From assembly GCA_964642915.1 (NCBI GenBank), contig CAZXPE010000001.1, forward strand, positions 1 through 50,676: DNA of 50,676 nucleotides, in the 5' to 3' direction. The translations under genes and the position numbers were made by a program. The stretch is from an uncultured bacterium. Its GTDB lineage: Bacteria; Methylomirabilota; Methylomirabilia; Rokubacteriales; CSP1-6. This document shows positions 17,719 through 25,495 of the stretch, piece after piece (position 1 is the first letter of the stretch; the number at the start of each line of letters is the position of its first letter). Under the pieces are notes generated by a model, which ran no database searches, had not been told where the DNA came from, and saw only the letters and a list, made by a program, of their open reading frames with translations.

Positions 17719-17734
17719 CTGAAATAAATTTCAG
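17719..17734. promoter_or_regulatory. 7-2-7 inverted repeat CTGAAAT-AA-ATTTCAG (candidate operator) in the divergent regulator/FBPase spacer
   Basis: The arms are perfect and the repeat starts 3 nt upstream of the regulator start codon. The half-site AAATTTC recurs at 17741-17747, just upstream of the -35 element. Confidence 0.4.
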
Positions 17735-17751
17735 TGCTTAAAATTTCTTGC

Positions 17752-17781
17752 TTGACAGTGCAAATGATATCGCATTATGAT
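17752..17781 (+). promoter_or_regulatory. Sigma-70-like promoter (TTGACA-N18-TATGAT) for the FBP aldolase/phosphatase gene
   Basis: TTGACA at 17752-17757 and TATGAT at 17776-17781, within the only clearly AT-rich spacer in this part of the window. Confidence 0.5.
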
Positions 17782-17822
17782 TCTTTTGTTTAGTTTTTTT
17801 TATCCTCACCAACTCCAAGGAG

Positions 17823-19292
17823 ATGGCCATGGCGAACCAGAAGAAATACGGACACGGCAACGGCAAGAAGATGCCCTTATCCGATTACCACCAGTCGAAG
17901 GAGGAGCAGGCGAGTTTCCCCCCTACGTGCACCGAGCGGATCAGCGTCACGAACACCCCCAACATCTTCTCCTACAGGTCTTACATTTTCGCGAAGAAGC
18001 CGGAGCTGGTCCAGAGGCTTGTCAAGGCGACCAAGGCCGACGTCGGGGGCGTTGGCGGCCATGTGGTGGCCGCTGAAGAGGTGAAGGGCATCATCGCCAA
18101 GTTCGTCCTGGAAAACAACGCGTACCGAGGCGAGCCCATCTTCACCTCACTGATCGTGACCCATACCGGCGACGACGTGGCGGTGACCGGCATTATGTCC
18201 GAGAAGGTGGACATGTCGGTGGTTGATGAGCTGATGTGGGACGCCCTCCAGGCCGGAGCCGATAAGGCGACGGAGCTGGGTCTCTACGGCCCCGGGCAGG
18301 ATCTTGTGGCGGATGCGTTCACCGGGAACCTTCGTGGCGCTGGGCCGGCCACAATCGCTTTGCCGCTTCCGGTGAGGCCCGACAACCCGTCGCAGACCGT
18401 GCTGGCCTCTTTCGCCGACAAGACCGAGCCCATGGCATTTAACTATTACGCCACTGGGGCGTATCTTCTGCCCCGCTTCAACACCGGCCTCGTCATCGCC
18501 TCATCCAGGATGAAGCGCGGTTACATCATGGAGATCGTGGACCTGGACACGAAGGCGCAGGCGGTTGAAGGCGGCGCGCATCCGCGAAACCAGCGCGAGC
18601 TGGACCTTGCAATGGAGAAGCTCGCCGCCGGGCTTCAGGAGAAAGTGATCGCCCTCCGGTCTCCGGAGGACCTCTTCGACATTGAGGGGCTTTGCCGTTC
18701 TTCGCGGTTCGTTGTGGCCAGGATCTGGAGCAGAAACGAGAGAGGGGAAAAAGACGGTCTGGGTTACATCTGTTCAGCAGAGAGGCTCCACAACATCAAG
18801 ACGAAGAAGGGGTTCACGTACGGCGGTAAGGACGACCCCGTGCTTCTTGCCTTCGCCCAGGGCGACTGGCCCGCCCCCGGCGAGATGACCTCTCCGTGGG
18901 CCGCCTGCCCCATGGTGGCGGGCGACTGCCGCGGCAGCCACAACCTCCACATCCTCCCTGTGCCGATCAACTGGCAGACTTCCTTCTGGTCAGGTCCGGT
19001 CATCTCGGCGATCACCCTGTCCTGCAACATCCACACGGGGCGTATCGGAGCAATCTCCGATCAGTTCGCGCTGGGGACCCCGTGGGACCATGCCCGCACC
19101 CGGGCTTCCGAGCTGGCCATGCAGTTCCGCTCGGCCCACGGGATCAAGCAGCCGGCCACGCTGCACGAGGACGAGCTGGAGTACCAGGAAGGATGGAAGG
19201 AGCGGCGGAGCCGCCTGGAGCGGCAGTTCGAAGTGAAACCGCCGTTCGTTTGGAACGGAAGCGGCAAGGCGGGCAAAGCTCTCGTGAAGTAG
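17823..19292 (+). CDS. fbp: Bifunctional fructose-1,6-bisphosphate aldolase/phosphatase (class V FBPase) with an N-terminal extension
   Basis: Family motifs: KADVGGVGGH, THTGDDV, GLYGPGQDLVADAFTGNLRGAGP, FADKTEPMAFNYY, GGKDDPVLLAF, CRGSHNLHILPV. AAGGAG abuts the ATG at 17823, and a second ATG at 17829 has better spacing. Confidence 0.85.
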   Translation: MAMANQKKYGHGNGKKMPLSDYHQSKEEQASFPPTCTERISVTNTPNIFSYRSYIFAKKPELVQRLVKATKADVGGVGGHVVAAEEVKGIIAKFVLENNAYRGEPIFTSLIVTHTGDDVAVTGIMSEKVDMSVVDELMWDALQAGADKATELGLYGPGQDLVADAFTGNLRGAGPATIALPLPVRPDNPSQTVLASFADKTEPMAFNYYATGAYLLPRFNTGLVIASSRMKRGYIMEIVDLDTKAQAVEGGAHPRNQRELDLAMEKLAAGLQEKVIALRSPEDLFDIEGLCRSSRFVVARIWSRNERGEKDGLGYICSAERLHNIKTKKGFTYGGKDDPVLLAFAQGDWPAPGEMTSPWAACPMVAGDCRGSHNLHILPVPINWQTSFWSGPVISAITLSCNIHTGRIGAISDQFALGTPWDHARTRASELAMQFRSAHGIKQPATLHEDELEYQEGWKERRSRLERQFEVKPPFVWNGSGKAGKALVK

Positions 19293-19314
19293 AAGTCCCG
19301 CGCCGCGGCTCTGA

Positions 19315-19350
19315 CCGGCCACCGGAGGGTTCTCCGGTGGCCGGTTTCTT
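19315..19350 (+). terminator. Intrinsic terminator downstream of the FBP aldolase/phosphatase gene
   Basis: 13-bp perfect stem (CCGGCCACCGGAG / CTCCGGTGGCCGG), GGTT loop, then TTTCTT. Confidence 0.8.
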
Positions 19351-19423
19351 CCTCCCGCATTGACTTCCTTCAGGTCGAGTGTTAACGTGAATCAACTACT
19401 TGCAAGGAGTGGCCATACCGCGC

Positions 19424-20764
19424 ATGGCTAAGCTTCACCTCATTACGTACGGCTGCCAGATGAACGACTATGACTCAGAACGGGTGGCCAGCCTCCTGAA
19501 GGACCTCCACCAGTACGACCTGACTGACCGGGAAGATGAAGCAGACCTGATCCTCCTCAACACCTGCTCGATCCGTGAGAGGGCCGAGGAGAAGGTCTTC
19601 TCCAAGCTCGGCCAATTGAAGCGGCTCAAAGAGAGAAGGCGCGACCTGATTCTCGGCGTTATGGGATGCATGGCGCATCTCCAGCGCACCGCGATAGAAA
19701 GGCGCGCCCCTCACGTGGACCTCATCTTCGGATCATCGGCCGCCGCCAGGGTAGGGGATCTGATAGAACGGGTGAAACAGGGCCGAGGTCCCGTCCTGGA
19801 TACCGGCGAAGGGCCGCTGGTCAAGCTCGCCTCCAGGGCTTCCGTTCCAGGCCGCGTGAAGGCGTTCGTCACCATCATGGAGGGGTGCGAGAAGTTCTGC
19901 ACGTTCTGCGTGGTGCCGATGACGCGCGGGCGAGAGCGAAGCCATCCGCCCGACTCGATCCTCAACGAGGTCAAAAGACTGGCCGACCAGGGCTGCCGCG
20001 AAGTCACTCTTATAGGCCAGACCGTCAACGCCTACGGGCGCGACCTGGAACCGCCGACCGATCTTGCCGCGCTCCTCGAACAGGTGAACGAGGTGGTTGG
20101 CGTCGAGAGGATCCGCTTCGTCACGTCCAACCCGTACAACCTCACGAGCCGCCTGATCCGCGCGATCAGGGACGTTCCCAAGGTGTGCGAGTCCATTCAC
20201 CTGCCGCTCCAGTCGGGCTCCGACCGGATCCTCACGCTGATGAACCGGGGTTACACCCGGAACCGTTACCTTGAGCTGATCGCCGAGATGAAGGAAACTG
20301 TCCCGGAAATCGCGCTTTCCACTGACCTCATCGTGGGATTCCCGGGAGAGACAGAAGAGGATTTCGAAGCGACAGTGGAGATGGTGGAGACGGTGGCTTA
20401 CGACAGCGTCTTTGCCTTCCGGTATTCGCGCCGCCCCGGCACCCCCGCGGCCTCCATGTCCGGCCAGGTGCCCGAGGGAGTGAAGGCGCGCCGGAACGCG
20501 CGAACCCTCGATGTCTCCGGCGCGATCGCCGTGAGGAAGAACCGCGATCTGGAAGGACGCGAGGTTGAGGTTCTTGTTGACGGGGCTTCCAGGAAGAACC
20601 CCGCCGAGCTGTCCGGTCGCACGAGATGCAACCGCGTCGTCAATTTCGACGGAGGAGGCCGGCCCCTCGTTGGAGAGCTGGTGCGAGTTCGAATCGCCCA
20701 GGCAATGCCTCACAGCCTGAGGGGGACGCTGCTTACTCCCGGGCCAGCGCCCGGCGCTGCCTGA
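19424..20764 (+). CDS. miaB: tRNA-2-methylthio-N6-dimethylallyladenosine synthase (radical SAM methylthiotransferase)
   Basis: Contains [14 protein letters not shown], the radical-SAM site [11 protein letters not shown], and a TRAM C-terminus. ATG at 19424 (the ORF-track TTG at 19400 is possible). AAGGAG at 19404-19409. Confidence 0.92.
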   Translation: MAKLHLITYGCQMNDYDSERVASLLKDLHQYDLTDREDEADLILLNTCSIRERAEEKVFSKLGQLKRLKERRRDLILGVMGCMAHLQRTAIERRAPHVDLIFGSSAAARVGDLIERVKQGRGPVLDTGEGPLVKLASRASVPGRVKAFVTIMEGCEKFCTFCVVPMTRGRERSHPPDSILNEVKRLADQGCREVTLIGQTVNAYGRDLEPPTDLAALLEQVNEVVGVERIRFVTSNPYNLTSRLIRAIRDVPKVCESIHLPLQSGSDRILTLMNRGYTRNRYLELIAEMKETVPEIALSTDLIVGFPGETEEDFEATVEMVETVAYDSVFAFRYSRRPGTPAASMSGQVPEGVKARRNARTLDVSGAIAVRKNRDLEGREVEVLVDGASRKNPAELSGRTRCNRVVNFDGGGRPLVGELVRVRIAQAMPHSLRGTLLTPGPAPGAA

Positions 20765-20784
20765 CCTCGCAAGGAGGACACCAT

Positions 20785-21285
20785 ATGTGGCTGGAGATGA
20801 AGGTGCGGGGGCTGGCCCTTGATCCGCTCTCCAATATGCCTATAGTGATTTTGCGCGACGAGGAGGACAAGCGCTCGCTGCCGATCTGGGTCGGCGTTTT
20901 CGAGGCCAACGCGATCGCTCTGGAGCTCGAAAAGATCGCCACCCCGCGGCCGATGACGCACGACCTCATCAAGAACATCCTGGAGTCTCTGGACGCCAGG
21001 GTGGGCAAGGTAGTCGTGAACGATCTCAGAGACAACACCTTCTTCGCCGTGATACACCTCCACCTTGGAGGGTCCGAGATCACGGTGGACTCGCGGCCGT
21101 CCGACGCAATCGCGCTCGCCCTTCGCGTCGGCGCCCCGATATTCGTTGACGAGGAAGTTGTACTGAAAGCGAAGAGCGTTGAGATCGCGAAGGAAGGGGA
21201 ACCCGGCAAGCTGGAAGACCAGGAAAAGCTGAAGGAGTGGCTCGACAACCTCAAGCCTGAAGACTTCGGCAAGTTCAAGTCGTGA
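20785..21285 (+). CDS. Bifunctional nuclease (BFN/DUF151) family protein
   Basis: Contains [24 protein letters not shown] and [20 protein letters not shown] motifs. AAGGAGG at 20771-20777 precedes the ATG at 20785. The longer ORF-track start overlaps miaB. Confidence 0.8.
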   Translation: MWLEMKVRGLALDPLSNMPIVILRDEEDKRSLPIWVGVFEANAIALELEKIATPRPMTHDLIKNILESLDARVGKVVVNDLRDNTFFAVIHLHLGGSEITVDSRPSDAIALALRVGAPIFVDEEVVLKAKSVEIAKEGEPGKLEDQEKLKEWLDNLKPEDFGKFKS

Positions 21286-21291
21286 CCGTTA

Positions 21292-22461
21292 ATGCGGGTC
21301 GGCGTCTTCACGAACAACTACCTCCCGATGCGCGGGGGCGTGACCGCGTCTATCGAGGTCCTGCGGAGGGGCTGCGAGGATCGAGGTCACAGCGTCTACA
21401 TTTTCGCCCCGCGGTTTCGAGGCCACACAGACTCCTCCCCGGCCGTCTTCCGGTATCCGTCCGTTCCTGCGCTTTCTTATCCTGATTTTTCTCTCCCGAT
21501 CCCGTTCTCTCCCCGAATCGAGCGCGCGGCAAAGGCTATAGGCATCGACGTGTTTCACGCCCAGCACCCGTTCCTTCTGGGTCCTGCGGCCAGAAGAATT
21601 GCGAGACAGACTGGCCGGCCCCTCGTGTTCACCTACCACACCCAATATGACAAGTACGCTCACTACGTGCCGTTGAGCCGTGGCTTGGTGGAGCGGGAGG
21701 CGATCCGGCGGAGCACCCGCTTCGCGTCCTCGGCCGACTTGGTTATCGCCCCATCCCGGTGGGTCAGGAACTTTCTTCTAGAGCACGGGGTAACGGCGCC
21801 CGTCGAGGTGGTCCCGACAGGAGTAGAAGAAGAGACCTTTACTCCCGGAAGCTCGACGATTGCTCGGGCTGCTATCGGGCTCCCGGAGGGGAAACCGACG
21901 CTCCTGTATGCCGGCCGCCTCGACCGGGAAAAGAACATAGAGCTGATTCTGGACGCCTTCGTCCACGTTTCAGCGTTGATCCCTGAGGCCCGGCTTCTCC
22001 TCGCGGGGCAGGGGAGCGAGCGGAGCCGGCTTGAGGCACTTGCCAGGCGGTCCAGCGCCGGGGGCCGCATCATCTTCCTCGGCTCCAAGCCTCGAGAGGA
22101 GCTGCCCGCCGTTTACCGGGCGGCTGATCTTTTCATTTTCGCCTCGCAGACGGAAACCCAGGGGCTGGCTGTGGCCGAGGCGATGGGCTGCGGGGTGCCG
22201 GTGGTGGCGGTGCGCGCTCCGGGAGTGGACGAGATGATCAGGGACGGGGAAACCGGAGTTCTCACAAAACCTGATCCAGTAGAGATGGCCGATGCCGCGA
22301 TCCGGCTTCTGCTGGACAGTAAGGCGCGCCATATATTCGGAGCCCTTGCCCGGCGACGCGTCATCGAAGAGTTATCGGCGAGCCGGCAGGTTGAGAGGCT
22401 CTTGGCTCTTTACGCCGATCTCCTGGGTCGCCGCCAGCCCTGCGATACCAGCGGGTGTTGA
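21292..22461 (+). CDS. Glycosyltransferase family 4 (GT-B, group 1)
   Basis: Starts MRVGVFTNNYLPMRGGV and contains an EX7E-type motif (SQTETQGLAVAEAMGCGVPVVA). Confidence 0.8.
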   Translation: MRVGVFTNNYLPMRGGVTASIEVLRRGCEDRGHSVYIFAPRFRGHTDSSPAVFRYPSVPALSYPDFSLPIPFSPRIERAAKAIGIDVFHAQHPFLLGPAARRIARQTGRPLVFTYHTQYDKYAHYVPLSRGLVEREAIRRSTRFASSADLVIAPSRWVRNFLLEHGVTAPVEVVPTGVEEETFTPGSSTIARAAIGLPEGKPTLLYAGRLDREKNIELILDAFVHVSALIPEARLLLAGQGSERSRLEALARRSSAGGRIIFLGSKPREELPAVYRAADLFIFASQTETQGLAVAEAMGCGVPVVAVRAPGVDEMIRDGETGVLTKPDPVEMADAAIRLLLDSKARHIFGALARRRVIEELSASRQVERLLALYADLLGRRQPCDTSGC

Positions 22462-22466
22462 TCCAA

Positions 22467-22718
22467 ATGGCTGAAACGGCCAGAGGGATCGATCTGGTCC
22501 TTCAGGATAAGTGGAAAGAGCCCGGAGGCCGCGGGCTGCTTACCGACGATCCGCGGGTGAGAGCGCTCGCCAGAGTGCTCGTGACGTATCCGGAAATCCG
22601 CTATATCCTCCCGAACCGCATAAGCCTTGAGCCGGACGCCGATCCCCATCTTCTCGAAACCGTGGCGAGGTTTCTCGGGCGGCAGGAGTGGTTCGTGAAG
22701 TCAGTGCTGATCCGCTAA
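22467..22718 (+). CDS. Small hypothetical protein (about 83 aa; 87 aa if it starts at the GTG at 22455)
   Basis: The frame is open with GC-rich third positions and directly follows or overlaps the GT4 stop. I recognise no motif in it. Confidence 0.4.
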   Translation: MAETARGIDLVLQDKWKEPGGRGLLTDDPRVRALARVLVTYPEIRYILPNRISLEPDADPHLLETVARFLGRQEWFVKSVLIR

Positions 22719-22771
22719 CTGACCCGCGTCATGAACTTAACATAATCCTTCTTATCGGACCTAAATTGTCG

Positions 22772-22798
22772 AATAAACCCGCATAGGCGTACAGCGGG
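22772..22798 (-). terminator. Weak candidate terminator after the TPR gene
   Basis: On the minus strand: CCCGC, an 11-nt loop, GCGGG, then TTTATT. The stem is short. Confidence 0.25.
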
Positions 22799-22807
22799 GA
22801 TCCTCTG

Positions 22808-23467
22808 TCAGGGCTGTGATTCCCCTCCCAGGGCAACCAGCCGCGATCTGATCTCTTCGGCCAGCCTGCCCCGCGGGGAGCTGCGGATGAGCTTCTGGTA
22901 GGTCTCCAGGGCCTGGGGGCGCTGCTGTAGAAGCTCTTGGACCCGGGCCATGGCGAGTAAGGCCTCCTCATAGAGGAAGTCGGTGGGCTTCAACCCTTCA
23001 GATGCCTTCTGGTAGGCTGCCAGGGCGTCGGCATGCCTCCCTTCTCCCTCAAGGGCATATCCGATCCCCAGTTGGGCAAGCCGGGTCAGGCTGCCCCCGG
23101 TCCTGGCCTGAACGACGTACTGGAAGGCTTCCCGCGCCGCGGCAAACGATCTGGCCTGATGGCGGAGGTTTCCGAGAAGATAGGCGGCCTCCGGTGTCGC
23201 CGGATGCCGGGGATATGCGGCAAGGGCGCTTTCGAGAGCCTGATCAGCGCCGCTTCGTTGGGCGGCTGTTGCCTGGGGAGAGGTCGCTTCGTGGGCCAGC
23301 CGGCTCGCCTCTAACAGCGCTGCGCGCCCCTTCGATTGGGAGGCGTCCCACCAGTACCATCCTGCCATCACCAGGAGAAACAAGCCGGCCGCTCCGCCCC
23401 CGGCGAGCAGGGCCCACTTCCAAATACTCCCGGCCCTCAAGCGCCCGATGGAAAACCAGGCAGTCAT
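22808..23467 (-). CDS. Membrane-anchored tetratricopeptide-repeat protein (YfgM/YbgF-like architecture)
   Basis: N-terminal TM segment (WKWALLAGGGAAGLFLLVMAGWYWW) followed by TPR-like helices. Its ATG overlaps the bactofilin stop (ATGA). Confidence 0.7.
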   Translation of the reverse strand: MTAWFSIGRLRAGSIWKWALLAGGGAAGLFLLVMAGWYWWDASQSKGRAALLEASRLAHEATSPQATAAQRSGADQALESALAAYPRHPATPEAAYLLGNLRHQARSFAAAREAFQYVVQARTGGSLTRLAQLGIGYALEGEGRHADALAAYQKASEGLKPTDFLYEEALLAMARVQELLQQRPQALETYQKLIRSSPRGRLAEEIRSRLVALGGESQP

Positions 23468-23925
23468 CGCGGAGCCGTTCCGGCGCGGGCAGTTCCTTCG
23501 CTGATCTCCGCAAGAGGCTGAGCGGAGCGTTCGACCCAGACTTCCCCTTTAACTCGGGCGCCTTCGGCTGCGGTGAGGCTCCCGCTTTTCAGGCTTCCCG
23601 TCAGCACCCCTGAAGGGAGAATCTCCACTCGAGCGGATGCCGATAGGTTGCCGCGGACCGTCCCTCCGATGACGACGGTCGCAGCAGAAATGTTCCCGTC
23701 CACCTCGGCTCCGTCCCCGACGAGCACCGTGCCCGTCAAGGTGATTTCTCCCTCAAACCTGCCCAGGATCTGGATATCCCCTTCTCCCGATATCTCCCCT
23801 TTTACCCTCATGCCCTCCCCGATGAGTCCGCCGTTCCCGCTTTTGGGGAGGTCCGGGGTGACGCTTTCAGGAGACGCCTCCTGGGAGATCCCAAGGAACC
23901 GGCCGACAGCCGAGAGGACGCTCAT
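23464..23925 (-). CDS. Bactofilin (DUF583) cytoskeletal protein
   Basis: Repetitive beta-helix sequence: KGEISGEGDIQILGRFEGEITLTGTVLVGDGAEVDGNISAATVVIGGTVRGNL.. I chose the ATG at 23925 (MSVLSAVGRFLGI, amphipathic N-terminus). The ORF-track start at 24075 would overlap the zinc-ribbon ORF. Confidence 0.8.
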   Translation of the reverse strand: MSVLSAVGRFLGISQEASPESVTPDLPKSGNGGLIGEGMRVKGEISGEGDIQILGRFEGEITLTGTVLVGDGAEVDGNISAATVVIGGTVRGNLSASARVEILPSGVLTGSLKSGSLTAAEGARVKGEVWVERSAQPLAEISEGTARAGTAPR

Positions 23926-23935
23926 TGGCGCACCG

Positions 23936-24145
23936 TCAGAACAGGAGGTGGAATCTGAGCCCGCGGCGGTATTGCCGGCCGCACCGTGAGCAGCGGAGCC
24001 ATCCACGAAACGCCCGCCGGACGACCCACCGGCAGTGCGGGCAGCGCTGATAGTATCGCATGCCGAGAAAGACACCGATGGTGGCTATGATAACCGCCAT
24101 AAACGTCACAACTGGTGAGAGCGAGATGAGCGCATCCACGGTCAT
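23936..24145 (-). CDS. Small membrane protein with a C-terminal zinc ribbon
   Basis: 69 aa with one TM helix (VVTFMAVIIATIGVFLGM), then CPHC-x13-CSRC. Third positions are GC-rich. It lies 10 nt upstream of the bactofilin start. Confidence 0.5.
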   Translation of the reverse strand: MTVDALISLSPVVTFMAVIIATIGVFLGMRYYQRCPHCRWVVRRAFRGWLRCSRCGRQYRRGLRFHLLF

Positions 24146-24217
24146 TCCCGTTCACTTTAAAAGAAACTCTTCCGGCGTGTCAAGGATTTGCCGTTCCGCG
24201 GAAACGCAACAACCAGC

Positions 24218-24246
24218 TTGACGGCGGATCAAACCCCCGATAGGCT
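24218..24246 (+). promoter_or_regulatory. Candidate promoter TTGACG-N17-TAGGCT
   Basis: It lies in the divergent spacer between the zinc-ribbon ORF and the membrane-protein ORF. Confidence 0.35.
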
Positions 24247-24252
24247 CTGGCC

Positions 24253-24951
24253 GTGGCCGAAACGATACGAGCGACCCCGGGCTCAACCGGCGCCGCAAAC
24301 GAGCGGCGGCGGCGGATCAGCGCAATCACCGCCTGCACACCAGCGGGGTCGGCGGTCGCCATCCTGTGCGCGGTGACGAATGCGGCCCTAGTGAACTGGT
24401 ATCAGCCTACCCGCGCTTGGAAGTACGTCATGTGGGAGGGCGGCGTTCTCGAGTGGCTCACGGCCCTGAGCTTCCTTGCCGCAGGCGGAGTGTACCTCGG
24501 GCTGGCGCTGGCCTCGGAGAGGAGCAGGGATCAGCGCGCGTGGTTTGCGGTCTTCGCAATCGGGTCGCTGGTCCTTGCCGGGGAGGAACTGAACTGGGGC
24601 CGCGGCATGCTCGTGCTGGACCTGGATGATCCCTGGTTCAACGCGCGCTATAACATCCAGGGAGGGAACCTGCACAACGCGGTCGATGCGGCAGTTCCGA
24701 TCCTGGTGTTCGTCGGGCTCGCCGGCGGGCTGAGAATCACCGCTCACTGGTCACTCAGGATCGTTCCCATTCCCGTTGGTTTCCTCAACGCCGTCATCAT
24801 CGCGGCGTCCTCGATCCCGTTTATGAATCTCCAGGGCGACCGCTTCCTGTTCCTTGATGAGGTCCTCGAATGGTCGGGCGCCGCCCTCATCTTCTGTCTC
24901 GCGCTCCATTATCGGTACGGGTGGTTTTTCCTCCCGCAGCGCAAGCCGTAA
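24253..24951 (+). CDS. Hypothetical multi-pass membrane protein
   Basis: It has several hydrophobic segments and recurring acidic-LEW/NWG motifs (EGGVLEWL, GEELNWG, DEVLEWS). The start is uncertain: the GTG at 24253 is only 7 nt after the putative -10, and the ATG at 24430 is an alternative. Confidence 0.55.
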   Translation: MAETIRATPGSTGAANERRRRISAITACTPAGSAVAILCAVTNAALVNWYQPTRAWKYVMWEGGVLEWLTALSFLAAGGVYLGLALASERSRDQRAWFAVFAIGSLVLAGEELNWGRGMLVLDLDDPWFNARYNIQGGNLHNAVDAAVPILVFVGLAGGLRITAHWSLRIVPIPVGFLNAVIIAASSIPFMNLQGDRFLFLDEVLEWSGAALIFCLALHYRYGWFFLPQRKP

Positions 24952-24980
24952 AGACATCCGGCGCGAAAGGGACAAGCGAG

Positions 24981-25376
24981 ATGCAAGAAAGCTTCAGGAT
25001 AAAAACGCAGAAGACTGAAGAGGTGGTGGACATTACTGGGCACGTCGCTGATATCGTCCGCCGGGCGCAAATGCGCGAAGGGATATGCACTGTGTTCGTC
25101 AGGCACGCCACTGCCGCCGTGGTCATAAACGAAAACGCCGATCCAGGGTTCCGACAGGACATGGTCACGGCCCTAGACCGGCTCCTCCCAAGAGGGATTT
25201 GGGAGCACGACAAGGTGGATGACAATGGCGCGGCACACCTCAAGGCTGCGATCCTGGGGCCTTCTGAGGCCGTGCCGGTGAAAAACGGCAGGCTCCTGCT
25301 CGGGACGTGGCAAGGCATCGCGCTGGTCGAGTGGGACGGCCCCCGCGAGCGCGAGGTAATCGTGGATGTTCACTAG
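24981..25376 (+). CDS. yjbQ: YjbQ/UPF0047 family protein (secondary thiamine-phosphate synthase-type)
   Basis: Contains VFVRHATAAVVINENADP, NGAAHLKAAILGPS and LGTWQGIALVEWDGPRER motifs. Start at the ATG at 24981. Confidence 0.8.
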   Translation: MQESFRIKTQKTEEVVDITGHVADIVRRAQMREGICTVFVRHATAAVVINENADPGFRQDMVTALDRLLPRGIWEHDKVDDNGAAHLKAAILGPSEAVPVKNGRLLLGTWQGIALVEWDGPREREVIVDVH

Positions 25377-25386
25377 GCGGAAAAAA

Positions 25387-25463
25387 TGGTGCCCCCGGGG
25401 TGACTCGAACACCCGGCACGCAGTTTAGGAAACTGCTGCTCTGTCCGCCTGAGCTACGGGGGC
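25387..25463 (-). tRNA. tRNA-Arg (anticodon CCT)
   Basis: Hand-folded cloverleaf: GCCCCCG TA GCTC AGGCGGACA GAGC A GCAGT TTCCTAA ACTGC GTGCC GGGTG TTCGAGT CACCC CGGGGGC A CCA (77 nt, CCA encoded). Confidence 0.9.
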
Positions 25464-25495
25464 ACGCAGTAGCGCCGAGAAGCTCCCTTATTCTA

